A DNA stretch of 64,000 nucleotides, taken from the NCBI GenBank assembly GCA_051362555.1, contig CM120642.1, positions 20,398,001 to 20,462,000 on the forward strand, read 5' to 3'. A model generated the notes under the pieces. That model saw only the letters and a program-made list of their open reading frames with translations, did no database searches and had not been told where the DNA came from. This stretch comes from Lingula anatina (lineage: Eukaryota; Animalia; Brachiopoda). The translations under genes were made by a program, and so were the position numbers. Every line of letters starts with the position of its first letter. Position 1 is the first letter of the stretch. Below are positions 40,601-51,600 of the stretch, one piece after another.

Positions 40601-43600
40601 TACACAGCACTTGGATCTTTTTTAAAGATAATGAATTATTTGTTGCTAAACAAAAACCATATATTTTTATGAGTTAATCTATTGATTTTTTAAGATTAAT
40701 TAAAATTGAAATTAATTAAAATTAAAATTTGTTTAAAAAACATGTATGATAGTTTTTTATATTCTCCCAAGGTGGAGTCACTAGCAACTGTTTTCCTTCT
40801 CATTTTCCTCTCAACAGACACTACTAGCTGTAGCCTTCTTTCCTTCTGTAACAGGTATTTCTAGATCTTACTTCACATCTTTTACCTGTGCATGTATATA
40901 CCCTCTTAGCCTCACTTTATAAAACAACTTAGTACTTGGAAGTTGCTCCATGTTTTGAGACTGAGTCTGACTATTTTTAGGCTACTTTAATCCAGGATAG
41001 ATCTTAATTGTAGTGCCTGTCTCTCTAATATTTGAGCCATTTCTTACTCATTGTTCAATACTTTCTACTGATTGATTATGTGTCAAATTAGACTGCATTT
41101 TTCAGTTGTAAAGTTGAGGCTAACATTATTTCATTCTTCTTTGAAATGAGACCTTGAACTCTGTCCTGTGTTTCTGGCAATGATGATCATCATCATCGTC
41201 GTCGTCATTATATCTACTTTCTTAGGAGGAGTTTGAGCTTATCCAGAGAAAGCTGATGAGGTTTATTGAAGTCCACCATGCCATCAATCTTGATATCATG
41301 CCGTACCCAAAACTGTGTGTACTGGACTATGTGGACCTGGAAGGTACAGTGCACTTTTTTTTAATTTGGAAACTTTTTTTTCTGTTTTTTGATGAACTTG
41401 CCTTGATTTGCTTCTTTTATTACATGTGGTTCAGTGAGTTAACTTAAAAGAAAAAGAGATGATGAGGAATTTTATGATGTGTGGTGATAAAATTTTTTTA
41501 ATGCCAAGTGATTGTGATGATTAAAAACTTGTTAATTAGATAATTAACCTTCCAAAAACTCCAATGTTTCTAGCAGGGTTTCAAAAGATAATATTATTAT
41601 ATATTATGTATTTGTGAACATTTTATTTTAAGGGGACATAATTTATTTCATTTTCTTCACTTATTGATTACAAGTTTCTAAAAAATGTTGTTGGAATTTA
41701 AGGTCATGCTGAGGCCATCAAGAAGAGTATGGTCAATCTTCAGCCACCTGTCAGTGATCCCGATGATCAAACTGGCCAGCACCGCAAGCTTGTGTGCAAG
41801 ATACTCTGTGAATATGAACAGGTAGAGACACTGGGTTTATTTATTTATTTACATTTTCTTAAGTTCCAATACAATAAAATCATAGGTCTGCTTTTTTCAC
41901 TCCCCCTTAGGTGTTATTTCATGCAGCAAAAAGTTAAGTATTATTTGTAGATTTCTGTAACTGAATCAGATAGGGTATTTATCACTACACTTTCACCAGT
42001 TCAGTCTGGTGTGAAAGTATGATTAAAGGTATAATTTAAATACCATGATATTTTTTTTCGAAAACTTAACTTTGAACTGTCACAGTAGTATTATGGTTTT
42101 TTTGTATATAAGATTATACATTTAAATGATAAAGGACACTATTGTACAAAATATCATCTAAATGATGGGATTATAATAAAATTTACTGTGTAGGTTACTT
42201 TATGTCTAACATGCACAATAAGATTTAAAAGTCCCCCTTCATAGTTCAAATTAATTAAAAATTTTTGTCTAATTTTCAGGGCTGGCACTTGAGTGGGCCA
42301 CCTATCCTCCTGAAGCTGAAAGACCAGGAGAAGTTTATAGCCAACTCGGCAGCCTATCTGGCCAGAATGAATGCCGTTCTCAAACACAGTGGGGTCAACC
42401 TGACCTGTATGGGGGGCTCGGACGAGGCACTGGAGTTTGTCAGAGACATTGAGCTGGTAGGCACTTGCTTGTATCCAAAGAATGCCATCAGAAGAGTCAT
42501 CTAGTACAGTAACATTAAAATCATTTATAAGTTTCTTAATAATTAAAAATCCTACCCCTCCAGAGCCAGACCTAGCCCTCTTGTGCATTGGCCTATTCTG
42601 GCCTAACCAAATATAGCCGTTGATACCGATATTGTCACATTTACTGGAGCACAACTGTGTCTCCGCTAATCCTATAATTTTCAACTCTTGTTCTATTATG
42701 GATGACAGAATTGCATGTTCATCCTGATTGGAAGTCCTTGTTTGTCTTCCGTTGTTACTCTTCTTCCTGCCTGTCCTGTTATCATTGTCGCTCTGCCTGC
42801 CCATACTGCTATCGTTGTCACTCTGCCTGCCTGTCCTACCATCATTGTCACTGCCTGCCTGTCCTACTATCATTGTGGTCAAGCATCACGGAGGTCCCTC
42901 TTATGTGGATTTTCCCCTTCCCTGAATCAATGTGATTCACTGTTGCACAGATATTGTTACTTTTTCTACGTTGCTCCACAGTTGTAAATTCTTCTATGTA
43001 CACATTTTTGAAGTTCCTCGAGTCTTTTAGCAGATTTTTGGCTTAGAATATTTCCTTTCTATCTTCTGGTTTTGCACACTTGGCTATTACTAAACCAGGT
43101 CGATCCACATATGGCGAATAGGAAATGTTGATCATATAAAAATGAAACCATTTACGAGAATTTTAACTATGGACAGACAGAAGATATTTGAATTATGACC
43201 TATGTGGTTTGACAAAGCTGTATCACTCTTCCCAAATCTCCCTTAAAGATTAGAATTTAATTTATTCATTCAGACATGATTCTGATGACTTACATGTAAT
43301 GGCATTAGATTTTTTTCACATTGTAAGTTTTGTATCATATACTAGTAGTATGAGTAATAAATTTAAATGTATCTGTTATTTATCTGTATAATTACAGAAA
43401 GGAACAGACACTTCCGGCTTTGCCAAGGCCTTCAAACATTTCCGTGAAGAGGTGATGAAGAATGATGTGCATAAAGTCAGAGGACATTTGAAAAGGTTGG
43501 TACTGCAGAAAATAGTGAAGGCTATAGGAGAAAATGCTCTGAATTCTCTGGGTGTTCTGTGGGGGGAGGAGTACTGAAAATTTGTTATAGTTTACTTAAA

Positions 43601-45390
43601 GTAATCACAAATTATGTACAGCTTTGGTGATTGAAGTGCTTATGCAAACAAGTCATTAAATTAAGATCAATTATTTTGGTATTCTTTTGACATATGATCA
43701 TTCAGTAATGATTCAGTAATGATCATATGTCATATGATTTAACATATATACATTTAAAAAATGTATAATTACATTTTCCATAAAGTGTATCCTCACATAG
43801 GATATTTCTACTTCTACTTAAATAATATCATGTCTTGTTTTAGATGTTTGCTGCCCAGTGGTAAAATGCGCTGGTTATGTCCCAAGCATGCAGACGGACC
43901 TCGTATAACTATCTTGAACAGCGACCTGGCAACAGCCAAAGATGCTGTGTTGCCGTACTCGAAATGTGATGAAGAAACAATGCAGCTCATCAAAGGTGAT
44001 TTGAAAATTGATGCACTCTACCATGCCAAAATGATACAATTACAACAATATTTTAGTGTTCTTAAAGAAAATTATTTTTAAAAAATGATAAGAAGGTACA
44101 GCACCATTATTATATTTGGCTTACAAAGAGATCTGCTTTGGTTTCCTTTCACGAAGTTTACAATTAATGTTATTTTAACATGATTCAGTAATTAATTTTA
44201 TAGGCAATCCTCTGCATCTTGACAGTATACTACATGTATCAAAGTCACCAACATATTTGCAGTTTAACTGATGCTTAAAAAAAGTAAAGAAAATATGGAT
44301 AAAACGTCAAAATGGTCTAATTTCAGCGGATTCTAAATACAAGGAAACTGTACAGGCCAGACACACCCAGGGACAGGATGCAGCCAGCGCCCTGAAAATC
44401 ACTGCCCAGGACCTGCAAGGTAAACAACATTGATCTGATGCATTGTCATTACATAACCATTATTTAAGAATTAGCCTTAGTTTGTGTTTCGCGGCCGCAT
44501 TCAGAACAGTGGACTAAGCAGTCCGCGGGTCAAGTATGGTGATGACCCACTAAAATCCATTAATAGACACTGTATAGATTCCCCATGGGGAGGTATACAA
44601 GTGGGTTGGCCATATTTGATCTGCAGACTTGTTAGTCCACCGTTCTGAATGCGACCTAGGCCACACAATAGACCAAACAACTAGAAAAGAGCTAAATGTT
44701 ATAGTATAGATATACTGAAATAAAGACTTTAAATTCTTAATAGATCCTTTCAATCTGTACTTTATAGTTTTAACTGTTTCAAGCAGACACTCTAATGACT
44801 TAGATATATCAGATCAATTCAGCAGAGAAGCTGCCCCACAAAACAGTCATTTAGGAAAGTGGTATCTATACCAAATAAAACTTTCTTGTGGTAATAGGGC
44901 ATATTTTATATAATACTTCTGCTCTGTTCAGTTGCATTTCCTCAAGTCTGAACATACATACTCAAGTACCATGTGTTTCAACATTTATTAGGCAGTTACA
45001 GACCCATCAATATGAGTGGCACCTAAACCTTCATGCTATGGAAATTATAATCAGTGAACCCTGAAATAAAGCAGTCAATATGTATCAAAAAATATTCTTT
45101 AGAATCCAAAATTGATCCAATTTTGACTTTCTGTACTTCTAGCTCCTAGAATTGCTGATCACGTGACGGTCAATGGTCCCGCCTCACTAAAGAAATTGGA
45201 AAAGAAAAAATCTACCAGAAAGCTGAAAGCTTCACAAGCTGCTGCCAGAGTTGCTGGATCATATGCAAAGGCCAAAAAGAACAATTCTGTGGCCCAGGAG
45301 AGTAATGGTCAGGCACCTGCTCAGGCACCTGCCCAGGCACAAAGTGAAGGAAATGGGGAGAAGAAGAGCAAAGCGTGTGTGATAATGTAA
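13730..45390 (+). CDS. Multi-exon gene, 5' end outside window: tandem TIR-TIR protein with a Roco-type C-terminal domain and a CaaX prenylation box (15 exons, about 711 aa in window)
   Basis: Manually spliced exons: 13730-13916, 15302-15368, 15657-15821, 16279-16371, 16993-17178, 34454-34525, 38520-38630, 38926-39177, 41226-41343, 41703-41821, 42280-42456, 43398-43495, 43844-43995, 44327-44419, 45143-45390. All have AG acceptors and GT donors (one GC), with phases consistent and no stops. TIR motifs DILVSYC...CWFD...LLAMVSKEY and DVFISYCW...CWLDI...VVVACISDEYANSPNCMMELRFA. Ends KKSKACVIM*. Confidence 0.9.
13952..14134. mobile_element. PIF/Harbinger-like MITE
   Basis: TAA TSD, TIR gagcgcattcagaacag / ctgttctgaatgggctc. 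A related copy in opposite orientation lies at about 44493-44657. Confidence 0.7.
15302..15368 (+). CDS. TIR gene exon (CWFDEDIATKTLSDFIVPLKDSK)
   Basis: Acceptor tttcag, non-canonical donor AAG|GCAAGT. Joins both neighbours in frame. Confidence 0.8.
15657..15821 (+). CDS. TIR gene exon (LLLAMVSKEYAEDEKCLELFQYA...IGLQE)
   Basis: Acceptor ttgcag, donor gaa|gtaaga, 55 codons. Confidence 0.9.
16279..16371 (+). CDS. TIR gene exon (IFVDLSKKDVYDTKLDELKEKLKSKLAEEEK)
   Basis: Acceptor gttag, donor aag|gtgagg, 31 codons. Confidence 0.85.
16993..17178 (+). CDS. TIR gene exon (TIR2 start: KEQDAVDVFISYCWSNS...CWLDIEQAGK)
   Basis: Acceptor tgtag, donor aag|gtaaat. Contains the TIR box-1 motif DVFISY. 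Confidence 0.92.
19225..24440 (+). mobile_element. Full-length Helentron-like element family C inserted in B
   Basis: 5' tgtacagacac..gtgtctgtaca plus (gtcgcc)n; 3' gtctgtaca plus hairpin and cttgtt. B resumes at gcattttgtagagc, collinear with A 18261-18300. Confidence 0.8.
19325..21060 (+). repeat. 161-bp tandem satellite array (about 10-11 monomers)
   Basis: tcagcatatatgca recurs at 19471, 19632, 19793 and onward. The same monomer occurs at 1-320, 3071-3560 and 12385-12860. Confidence 0.95.
24695..27780 (+). repeat. 145/146-bp tandem satellite array (about 21 monomers)
   Basis: tccaaaactggcagagatagg recurs at 24701, 24847, 24993 and onward. Confidence 0.95.
28005..29030 (+). repeat. 146-bp tandem array of element A (about 7 more diverged monomers)
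   Basis: Same monomer as 24695-27780, degrading toward the 3' end. Confidence 0.9.
30360..33750. mobile_element. Non-autonomous TA-targeting TIR element (Tc1/mariner-like)
   Basis: Perfect 25-bp TIR cggtaaagtcttgaaaatttcgtcg, TA TSD, internal gagatcgttcgc sub-repeats. Confidence 0.85.
31489..33383. mobile_element. Second CGGTA-type TIR element nested in 30360-33750
   Basis: Imperfect TIR cggtaatgtgccaagcatttcgac / gtcgaattgtttggcatattaccg, TA TSD. Confidence 0.8.
33927..34380. repeat. Imperfect direct repeat (about 110 bp, about 354 bp apart)
   Basis: cagttttagggg(t/g)acttcaattttactggcatttggcaa at 33927 and 34280. Confidence 0.6.
34454..34525 (+). CDS. TIR gene exon (TGLFEDISEGLKKAKVVVACISDE)
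   Basis: Acceptor tttcag, donor gag|gtaggt. TIR alphaB-betaC segment, reached after a 17.3-kb intron. Confidence 0.9.
34726..34759 (+). pseudogene. Decayed duplicate of the TIR catalytic exon (pseudo-exon), continuing at 38457-38464
   Basis: After acceptor tttcag it reads HANSP*CLLKL|RSA versus YANSPNCMMELRFA of exon 38520. It is split by a transposon at a TA. Confidence 0.6.
34760..38454. mobile_element. Third CGGTA-type TIR element, with an internal 942-bp tandem duplication
   Basis: TIR cgctaaagtgccatgaatttcgaac / gttcgaaattcatggcacattaccg, TA TSD. About 35591-36533 is repeated at about 36534-37530. Confidence 0.85.
38520..38630 (+). CDS. TIR gene exon (YANSPNCMMELRFAMLNLCKPLVACVVGTKNEWESSE)
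   Basis: Acceptor ttttag, donor gag|gtttgt. Carries the TIR CxxE motif. Confidence 0.92.
38926..39177 (+). CDS. TIR gene exon (VSILLVRGQ...EKIISFQ)
   Basis: Acceptor cttag, donor cag|gtgata, 84 codons. Confidence 0.88.
39326..40561. mobile_element. PIF/Harbinger-like non-autonomous element
   Basis: TAA TSD, about 34-bp TIR ggccacacttttttatttttat(t/g)gatgacatcct. Confidence 0.85.
41226..41343 (+). CDS. TIR gene exon (EEFELIQRKLMRF...YPKLCVLDYVDLE)
   Basis: Acceptor cttag, donor g|gtacag. Confidence 0.88.
41703..41821 (+). CDS. TIR gene exon (GHAEAIKK...CKILCEYEQ)
   Basis: Acceptor ttaag, donor cag|gtagag, phases match neighbours. Confidence 0.83.
42280..42456 (+). CDS. TIR gene exon (GWHLSGPP...VRDIEL)
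   Basis: Acceptor tttcag, donor ctg|gtaggc. Confidence 0.88.
42462..43130 (-). mobile_element. Non-LTR retrotransposon (CR1/L2-like) fragment: ORF1 C-terminus plus ORF2 APE endonuclease N-terminus
   Basis: IIGLAETQL...INGYIWLGQNR...GSGGVGFLI...DGILWI (APE endonuclease). Upstream RPGLVIAKC...*AKNLLKDSRNFKNVYIEEFTTVEQR is ORF1-like and contains a stop. Confidence 0.75.
43398..43495 (+). CDS. TIR gene exon (KGTDTSGF...RGHLK)
   Basis: Acceptor ttacag, donor ag|gttggt. Confidence 0.85.
43844..43995 (+). CDS. TIR gene exon (RCLLPSGKMRWLCPKH...MQLIK)
   Basis: Acceptor ttttag, donor g|gtgatt. Confidence 0.88.
44327..44419 (+). CDS. TIR gene exon (ADSKYKETV...AQDLQ)
   Basis: Acceptor tttcag, donor g|gtaaac. 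Confidence 0.82.
44493..44657. mobile_element. MITE related to 13952-14134
   Basis: TIR ggccgcattcagaacagtggactaa / ttagtccaccgttctgaatgcgacc. Confidence 0.65.
45143..45390 (+). CDS. TIR gene terminal coding exon (APRIADHV...EKKSKACVIM*)
   Basis: Acceptor ttctag. Lysine-rich low-complexity tail, CaaX box, TAA stop. Confidence 0.9.
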
Positions 45391-48300
45391 TTATATAATC
45401 CTCAAAGTCAACAACAGTTGTTGCCTGGCTGATTTTGTCAGTGTCATATGAGGATGTGACTTTGTGGAAGTATAATTATTTAAGCAAGAGGTTCTGATGT
45501 TGAACTATTCATTATTCCCAAAATTTTGATTTTACAAGTGTGCTTACGCAATTAATGTTGTGATATTTCTGCTTGATTGTAATTTTCAACCACAAATCTG
45601 GGATAGAAAGTTCCCTCCCTCTAGAGAATCACCTCATTACTCAAACAAGAAGTTTGAAAGCTGCTGAAGGCTGAATAAAATTTTAAGAAAGGGAACGTTT
45701 CTGGAGGGTGAGAGTTTTCCTCCTTTTTTTAAGGCTGATCTCTTTCCATCACTTATAAATATATGTAAGGGTTGATATATATTATGTTCACAATTTGGTA
45801 GTAGTATTTGGCAGAAGCATTTAGGACTAGAACTACATGATTGTGCCTTGGTTGATCTCTGTTTTAGAGTACTTAATAGGGAACATTCATCTGAGGGTAA
45901 ATATACGCATGTTGAAAGCTTTTTATTTTTAGATAGAGGCAAATGCTTTATGATTGAACATTCCATATTTATTAAGATTTTCCAAAAACAGTGATATTTA
46001 TTAATTTCAATTTATATAGCTGTGATATAAGAATTTTTGGACAATGTCAATTACAGATTTTTTCAACTCTCTCTTTGCTGTGTTATGTACCTGTATAAGA
46101 TGTATGACTTTCCCAAAGAAAATAAGACTAAACTTAATTATTTTTCTTGAAATTATGCAATACAGTCATTGTTTTAATGTATTTAACTTATACATGTTAC
46201 AGGATTGTTACTGTTTGACTGCTTTTATTCCGTCCAATTAATGTCACTAACAACTGGACTTTATACTTGATATATGCATTTATATTTTGTTTATAAACTT
46301 AAAGCACTATTTTTGTGTGCATATCCGTCCTCATCTACACCATGTCCATTTCTATAGAAATGTGATTTATCAATATTTCAATGTTTTTTTTTTTTTTTTT
46401 TTTTTGCATTTGTTGATTTTTTAAACAAACAGCATTATTTATAGGCAATATAAGTCAAATAAGTGTGTAGGCTTCTTTTAACTTTTTTCTTCATTATTTT
46501 TAATGCATAATTTAGGCACTAGAAACACAGATTTTCTTAATATAATAGTAACTCAATGTCATCACTTCACGTTTGATCTTCACACACATGTATAAAGTAT
46601 GTCTCCTTAATCTAAGCCAATTTAAGTAATAAGGCATGTCAGTTAAAGGAATAGAACAAACTCAAGCATGATGTTCGAAATTTGGCCGATGAAGGTCCCA
46701 TTAATAAAAAGAAATGAAGCGGATAAGTGATTAACATTGAATAGTGTTGATTAATGATTTTAACTTATGCGTAAGCCTGAAATATCTACATTTAACATAT
46801 AATTTCCAAACAAATAGTGCACGCATAATGTTAAATAGGTACCGGTAGGATAAGGAAGATATTTTACACGGAAAAGAGCACTGGTAAATGTAGTGATATT
46901 ATCTGTACGGATGTAACATGTTGTGATACGATCAATAAATGAATTGCTTTATGTTCATAATGTCGTTGTTTTCTTTAATTCCGTCGTACTTGGAATTACA
47001 TGTACCTGTAGGGTTCATTTGTGATCATTACATACAGCAAAACGGCGTGGCTTTGGGCAGAACGTCACAACGTTTACGTGGTTTAAACAAACAACCGCTG
47101 AATATTTGCATGCCTTTCAACACTGGGGACGCACCTCCCGATTCAAACTAAATATCTCGATCTGTCAAGAAAAAGTGTCAAGAATACTTACTTTCTCAGT
47201 TTCACTGATTGTTTGAGTGGTCAGGGAGAGTGGAGTGTAAGGGGCGCATGGATATCTCCCTGTCTGGCTGGTGTTAATGTTGCCGCACAAGCTGAGATTT
47301 TACTGTTTCTCCAAGGCAACCTATAGAGAACTGCATTTTTTATGATCGTTAACGACCGAGTGGAGAAGCCAATTCTCATATTTCGCCAAAGGATTTCAAA
47401 AAGACTTGGCCGTCTGGACTGGACGGAGTTTTACGGGAAAACATGCTATATTATACGCCTCAGTGACTAAAATAGTATACGATTTCATCGCACGGCGCTC
47501 GTGGCAAATGTCAGAGATAAAGTAACCTTTTATGATTTGAAAAAAAGCCTTTAGAACAACAAAAAAAGATCAAAACCAATTATTCAACTCACCTTACCTA
47601 CCAATAGCTGGCCAACCGTACATTAAGTTTGAAATCTTATATTCTTTCAATCAAATTCACTTGATTGACGGCTGTATAATCGAACGTTAAAAACGTGAAA
47701 GCCAGCAATGAGATAACAAAGAATTACTGTTTGGCTGACTGCATTTAAAAGCAAAATAATTTTATTAATACATACTAGTACAATATCAAGCTTTAAGAAT
47801 TAATTAGTGGTATCAATTCGTAATAAGGGGCCATTACTCATCAAAATAGCCTTAGATTAATTCCCGATTCTTGATTTGTGATCACGGAAATAGAGTTTAA
47901 CTCACAAGTGTTCGAGAAGAGATACCGTGTCACGTTCAAACTGGGACTCATCTACTGGATATATATACATAGAAGTTACCTTGAGGATAGAGGAATTGCT
48001 GTGTTCCTCAACAGTAATACCTCAGTGGCGGCACTTGTAGTAGTGCTAGGCCACTAAGATCTTTTATACAATGATGAAAATACACAAAAAGAATAATATA
48101 AGATGGAAACTAAATACACAGTTCCGACCGAAAAGAATCAAAGACTGAATTTTTATGCCAGGAACAAATGATACAGACACAAAAACCACCGTAAAAGTAT
48201 AAAAAGAATAACATATTTTTCTTTTGTTTTACAAGAGGACAAGTTTGCACAATAACCTGATGGTAACGTTTTAAATTCGACACAATCTTTTCTAACACAA

Positions 48301-48612
48301 TACGGTTCCACTGAATCTTTTTTTTTTTTTTTTGGGGGGGTCGGGGGAGGATGTTAATTCGTGAAAATAAATTTGATTGCTGAATCTGCTCCCTTGATAC
48401 ACCATGTATCGTATATGATGGCTGATGAATTGTGATTCCTTTTTCCATTATGATTTCAGCAAACCCAAATCAACTTCCCGGGATAGGCATTCACTGTGCG
48501 TTATCGTATCACAAAGACTAATCCTTAAATCGAGGCTACAGTCCGGAAAGATGGTATATATTATCAAGTGAATCAGGTGAGCATATTCTTCGGAATGACT
48601 CACATAGTGTTC

Positions 48613-51600
48613 TCACAAGCATGTGTTCCTGGTTTGCATCTGGGTTTCTCGTTTTTTCTTCTTTAGTTTCCCACATATCTTGATATTGGCAAGAGTGTAT
48701 AATATCGGGTTCATGGCGGAGTTGACAGGTAAGATAAAGACTGCGACCCAACTTGAGACCTCAGGATTAATTGGGACGCCTGCCATGCTCAAAATCCCAA
48801 GCACCGTAACTGGGACCCAGCACAAAAAGTCGGTTATCAAAATCAGAGAGACCCTTTTTAATAACTGCACATCCCTATGTGTCTCTTCTCTCCCAGATTG
48901 CTTCCTCGATTGATAGACATGTCTCAGAATGGCAACATAGGCAGAAGAGATGAAAAGAAAGGCAGTAAAATTGAAAAATACGAATATTACGTAGGCGTAT
49001 TCCCTGCCCCCGAACTCAACCCTGCTCAACGTGAACGGCAAACAGACCGAGTTATGTCCGTAAAAATCTTTGAAGTAACCGACTTCAATAAGAGGGACTG
49101 TACTTACCATAACAACTACGACCCAACTGAGACCAGTCATCAATAAGCTCGCCTTCGTGTCCATCTTTTGAATCTTCATGGCATATACAATAGACACCAG
49201 TCTATCTGTCGTGATCAAAACTAAGATCACCACAGACATTTCACTGGAAACCATGGACAGGAATCCTGCAAATTTACACAGACCACTAGACATCCATTTG
49301 GTGGCTTGAGAGGCGTAAAAACCACGGTAGCTAGTGTCGGCTGCGGCTATAATGACAAGGTAAACCCCCATCAAGAGGTCCGACAAGGCAAGATTCATGA
49401 CCAATATACTAGAGGCAGCAGAGTCTCTATATCTTAGCCAATATATGAGCACGACTGCATTACCCAAGCATGCTAAAATTCCCATAACCCAGATGGACAC
49501 CTGCAGAAATTGATTTTGCAACAGGTCAGAGCAGGAGGAGAACTCGTCTTTTGGGGGAAAACAAACGCCAACATTACCCTTCCGCTGAGCCAGGCAACAA
49601 ATACCAAATTGATCGGACTTCAGTGTCTCTGCGCTAAGCTCTACAAATGCCTCAGGTTCTACCAGAGCGTCCTTGTTACCTGATATATCTAAAACCTTAA
49701 GTCTTGGCAGTCCCCTGAATGCACCGTCTGCCACGGACGATAATGCATTATGGCTTATGTTAAGAACAGAAAGAGATTCCAAGCCTCTGAAAGTATCTCT
49801 TGACAAAACGTTGATATTAAAGAAGCTGAGGTTCAAAATCCTTAAGCTTCCTAAGCCTTCAAATGCACCGGGTTCAATCATTTGCAGAGAGTTTCCTTCA
49901 AGAATCAAGTGTTGAAGGTTGATCATTCCAGTAAAGACATCGGAAGCAAAAGCTGCTATCCGATTGTACGAAAGATCTAGATATAAAACATTTCTTAAGT
50001 GTAAGAATACCCTAGGCGGAATCGTTTTCAAATTGTTGAAACTGATATCGAGTCTCACTAATAAAAAGTATCCTTTAAACGCTTTACTCCAAAGAGACAA
50101 ATTGTTTCTGGCAAAATCCAGCCCCCTAATATCAGGAGAATACTTAGGTATGGAACTTAATCTTTTCCCCGTGCAGTCCAAAAAGTATCCTTTGTGCTTG
50201 CAACCATTGGATAAGGTTGCATTTATGTCACAGAAAGCTTCGTCGTCATTCGAGTGTTTACAATTCACTACACCATTGCAAACTTCACTCTGGTGCACAC
50301 ACTGGCGTTCTCCTCTACACCGAAAATGTCCTGGACACGTATAATTGGTGCATCTTGCATTATCCTCGTCTTCCCCGCGAGGACAATCTTTTTCCCCGTC
50401 GCAGACCTGGCGCAATGGAATGCAGTATGTGTTCGGACATTTAAACATACTGGGGCATTCATACGTCTGGCACTGTTGAAGATGCTCAAAATGTCTACAA
50501 TCATTTAACGCTTTCTGTTGCACTTTATCGTGAATACAGGCCAAATGACGAGGAAAGCAGTGGGTATGACCAGGGGTACATCTGATTTGGTCTAGAGATG
50601 GGCAATATGTGAAGTTGATTTGTTGGCTGAATGTGCTGGATTCGCAGCTGGTTTCCTTGGCATAAGGAATGGCTTCGATGGGCTCATCCTCTTGTGATAA
50701 ACCTGGGCAGTCCGGGTACCTGTCATCCTTAGTGTTAATATGCATGCATGGCCCTGCGAAGCACTGGACTCTGTTATCACACGGCCCCGGATGTCGAGGA
50801 GACGGAGGGTGTCTGTTAGGGTTTTCAGTAGTAGTAGGGTTTCTTTCAAATATTAGGGATATGTTGCTGCATTGTCCATTTTGGCATCTGTAATGTTGAT
50901 CACTGTAAACAGGAAATAAACACCAATCTTCGTCACTTCCGTCTGTGCAGTCATAGACGCGATCACACACCTTACTTATAGGAATGCACGATTCGTTCGT
51001 GCAGCGAAAGCTATCTGAACCACAAAAGCAGTTAAATTCGTCCTCTCCACCCAGACAATTCTTCTCCCCGTCACAAACATTTCTGACAGATATGCACGTC
51101 CCGTCACTACACCGGTATTGATGTGTGGAGCAGTCTTGTTTTTCTGTTAACAACGCCGTCTCGCAGAGAGCAAAAAGGGAGCCTTGTGTCGCATCTGACA
51201 AGCACAAGTCAGAAGTCATTATCATGACGGAGTTGGACATTAGCTCGTCACTTGCAACTGACACGAGCGCACAGTTTCCTGATGGGGTTCGGAACCAAGG
51301 CAAAACAAATTCCGAAAATCTTTTCACATTGGTAAGTTTATCACTAGTATCTAAAATGGCGCTTTGGTTCACCCACTGAGTTTCTTTAGCCCAGATCCTA
51401 TGATAATATCGCATGTATTTACTATCCGAAAACGAAGAAGCATCGAACACTGCGACTGCTCCTCCATAAGAGCTGCACATTTCTACTGCACTTTTAAAAG
51501 TGAGGCTGTTCTTGCCTTCCTTTGTCCAGTGGCTGGACTGTGAATATGCGACGTATCTTGTTTTATCAGTTATGGATATATTCAGCAGTCCGAAACTATC

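Noticed and set aside
42154-42882. 242-aa minus-strand ORF as a gene
   Set aside because: Chimera of a short tandem repeat, a LINE endonuclease fragment and the antisense of a host exon.
45163-45390. KRAS/Ras terminal exon
   Set aside because: Only the KKSKxCVIM tail resembles Ras. The exon splices in frame to the TIR gene and no Ras G-domain exons are present.
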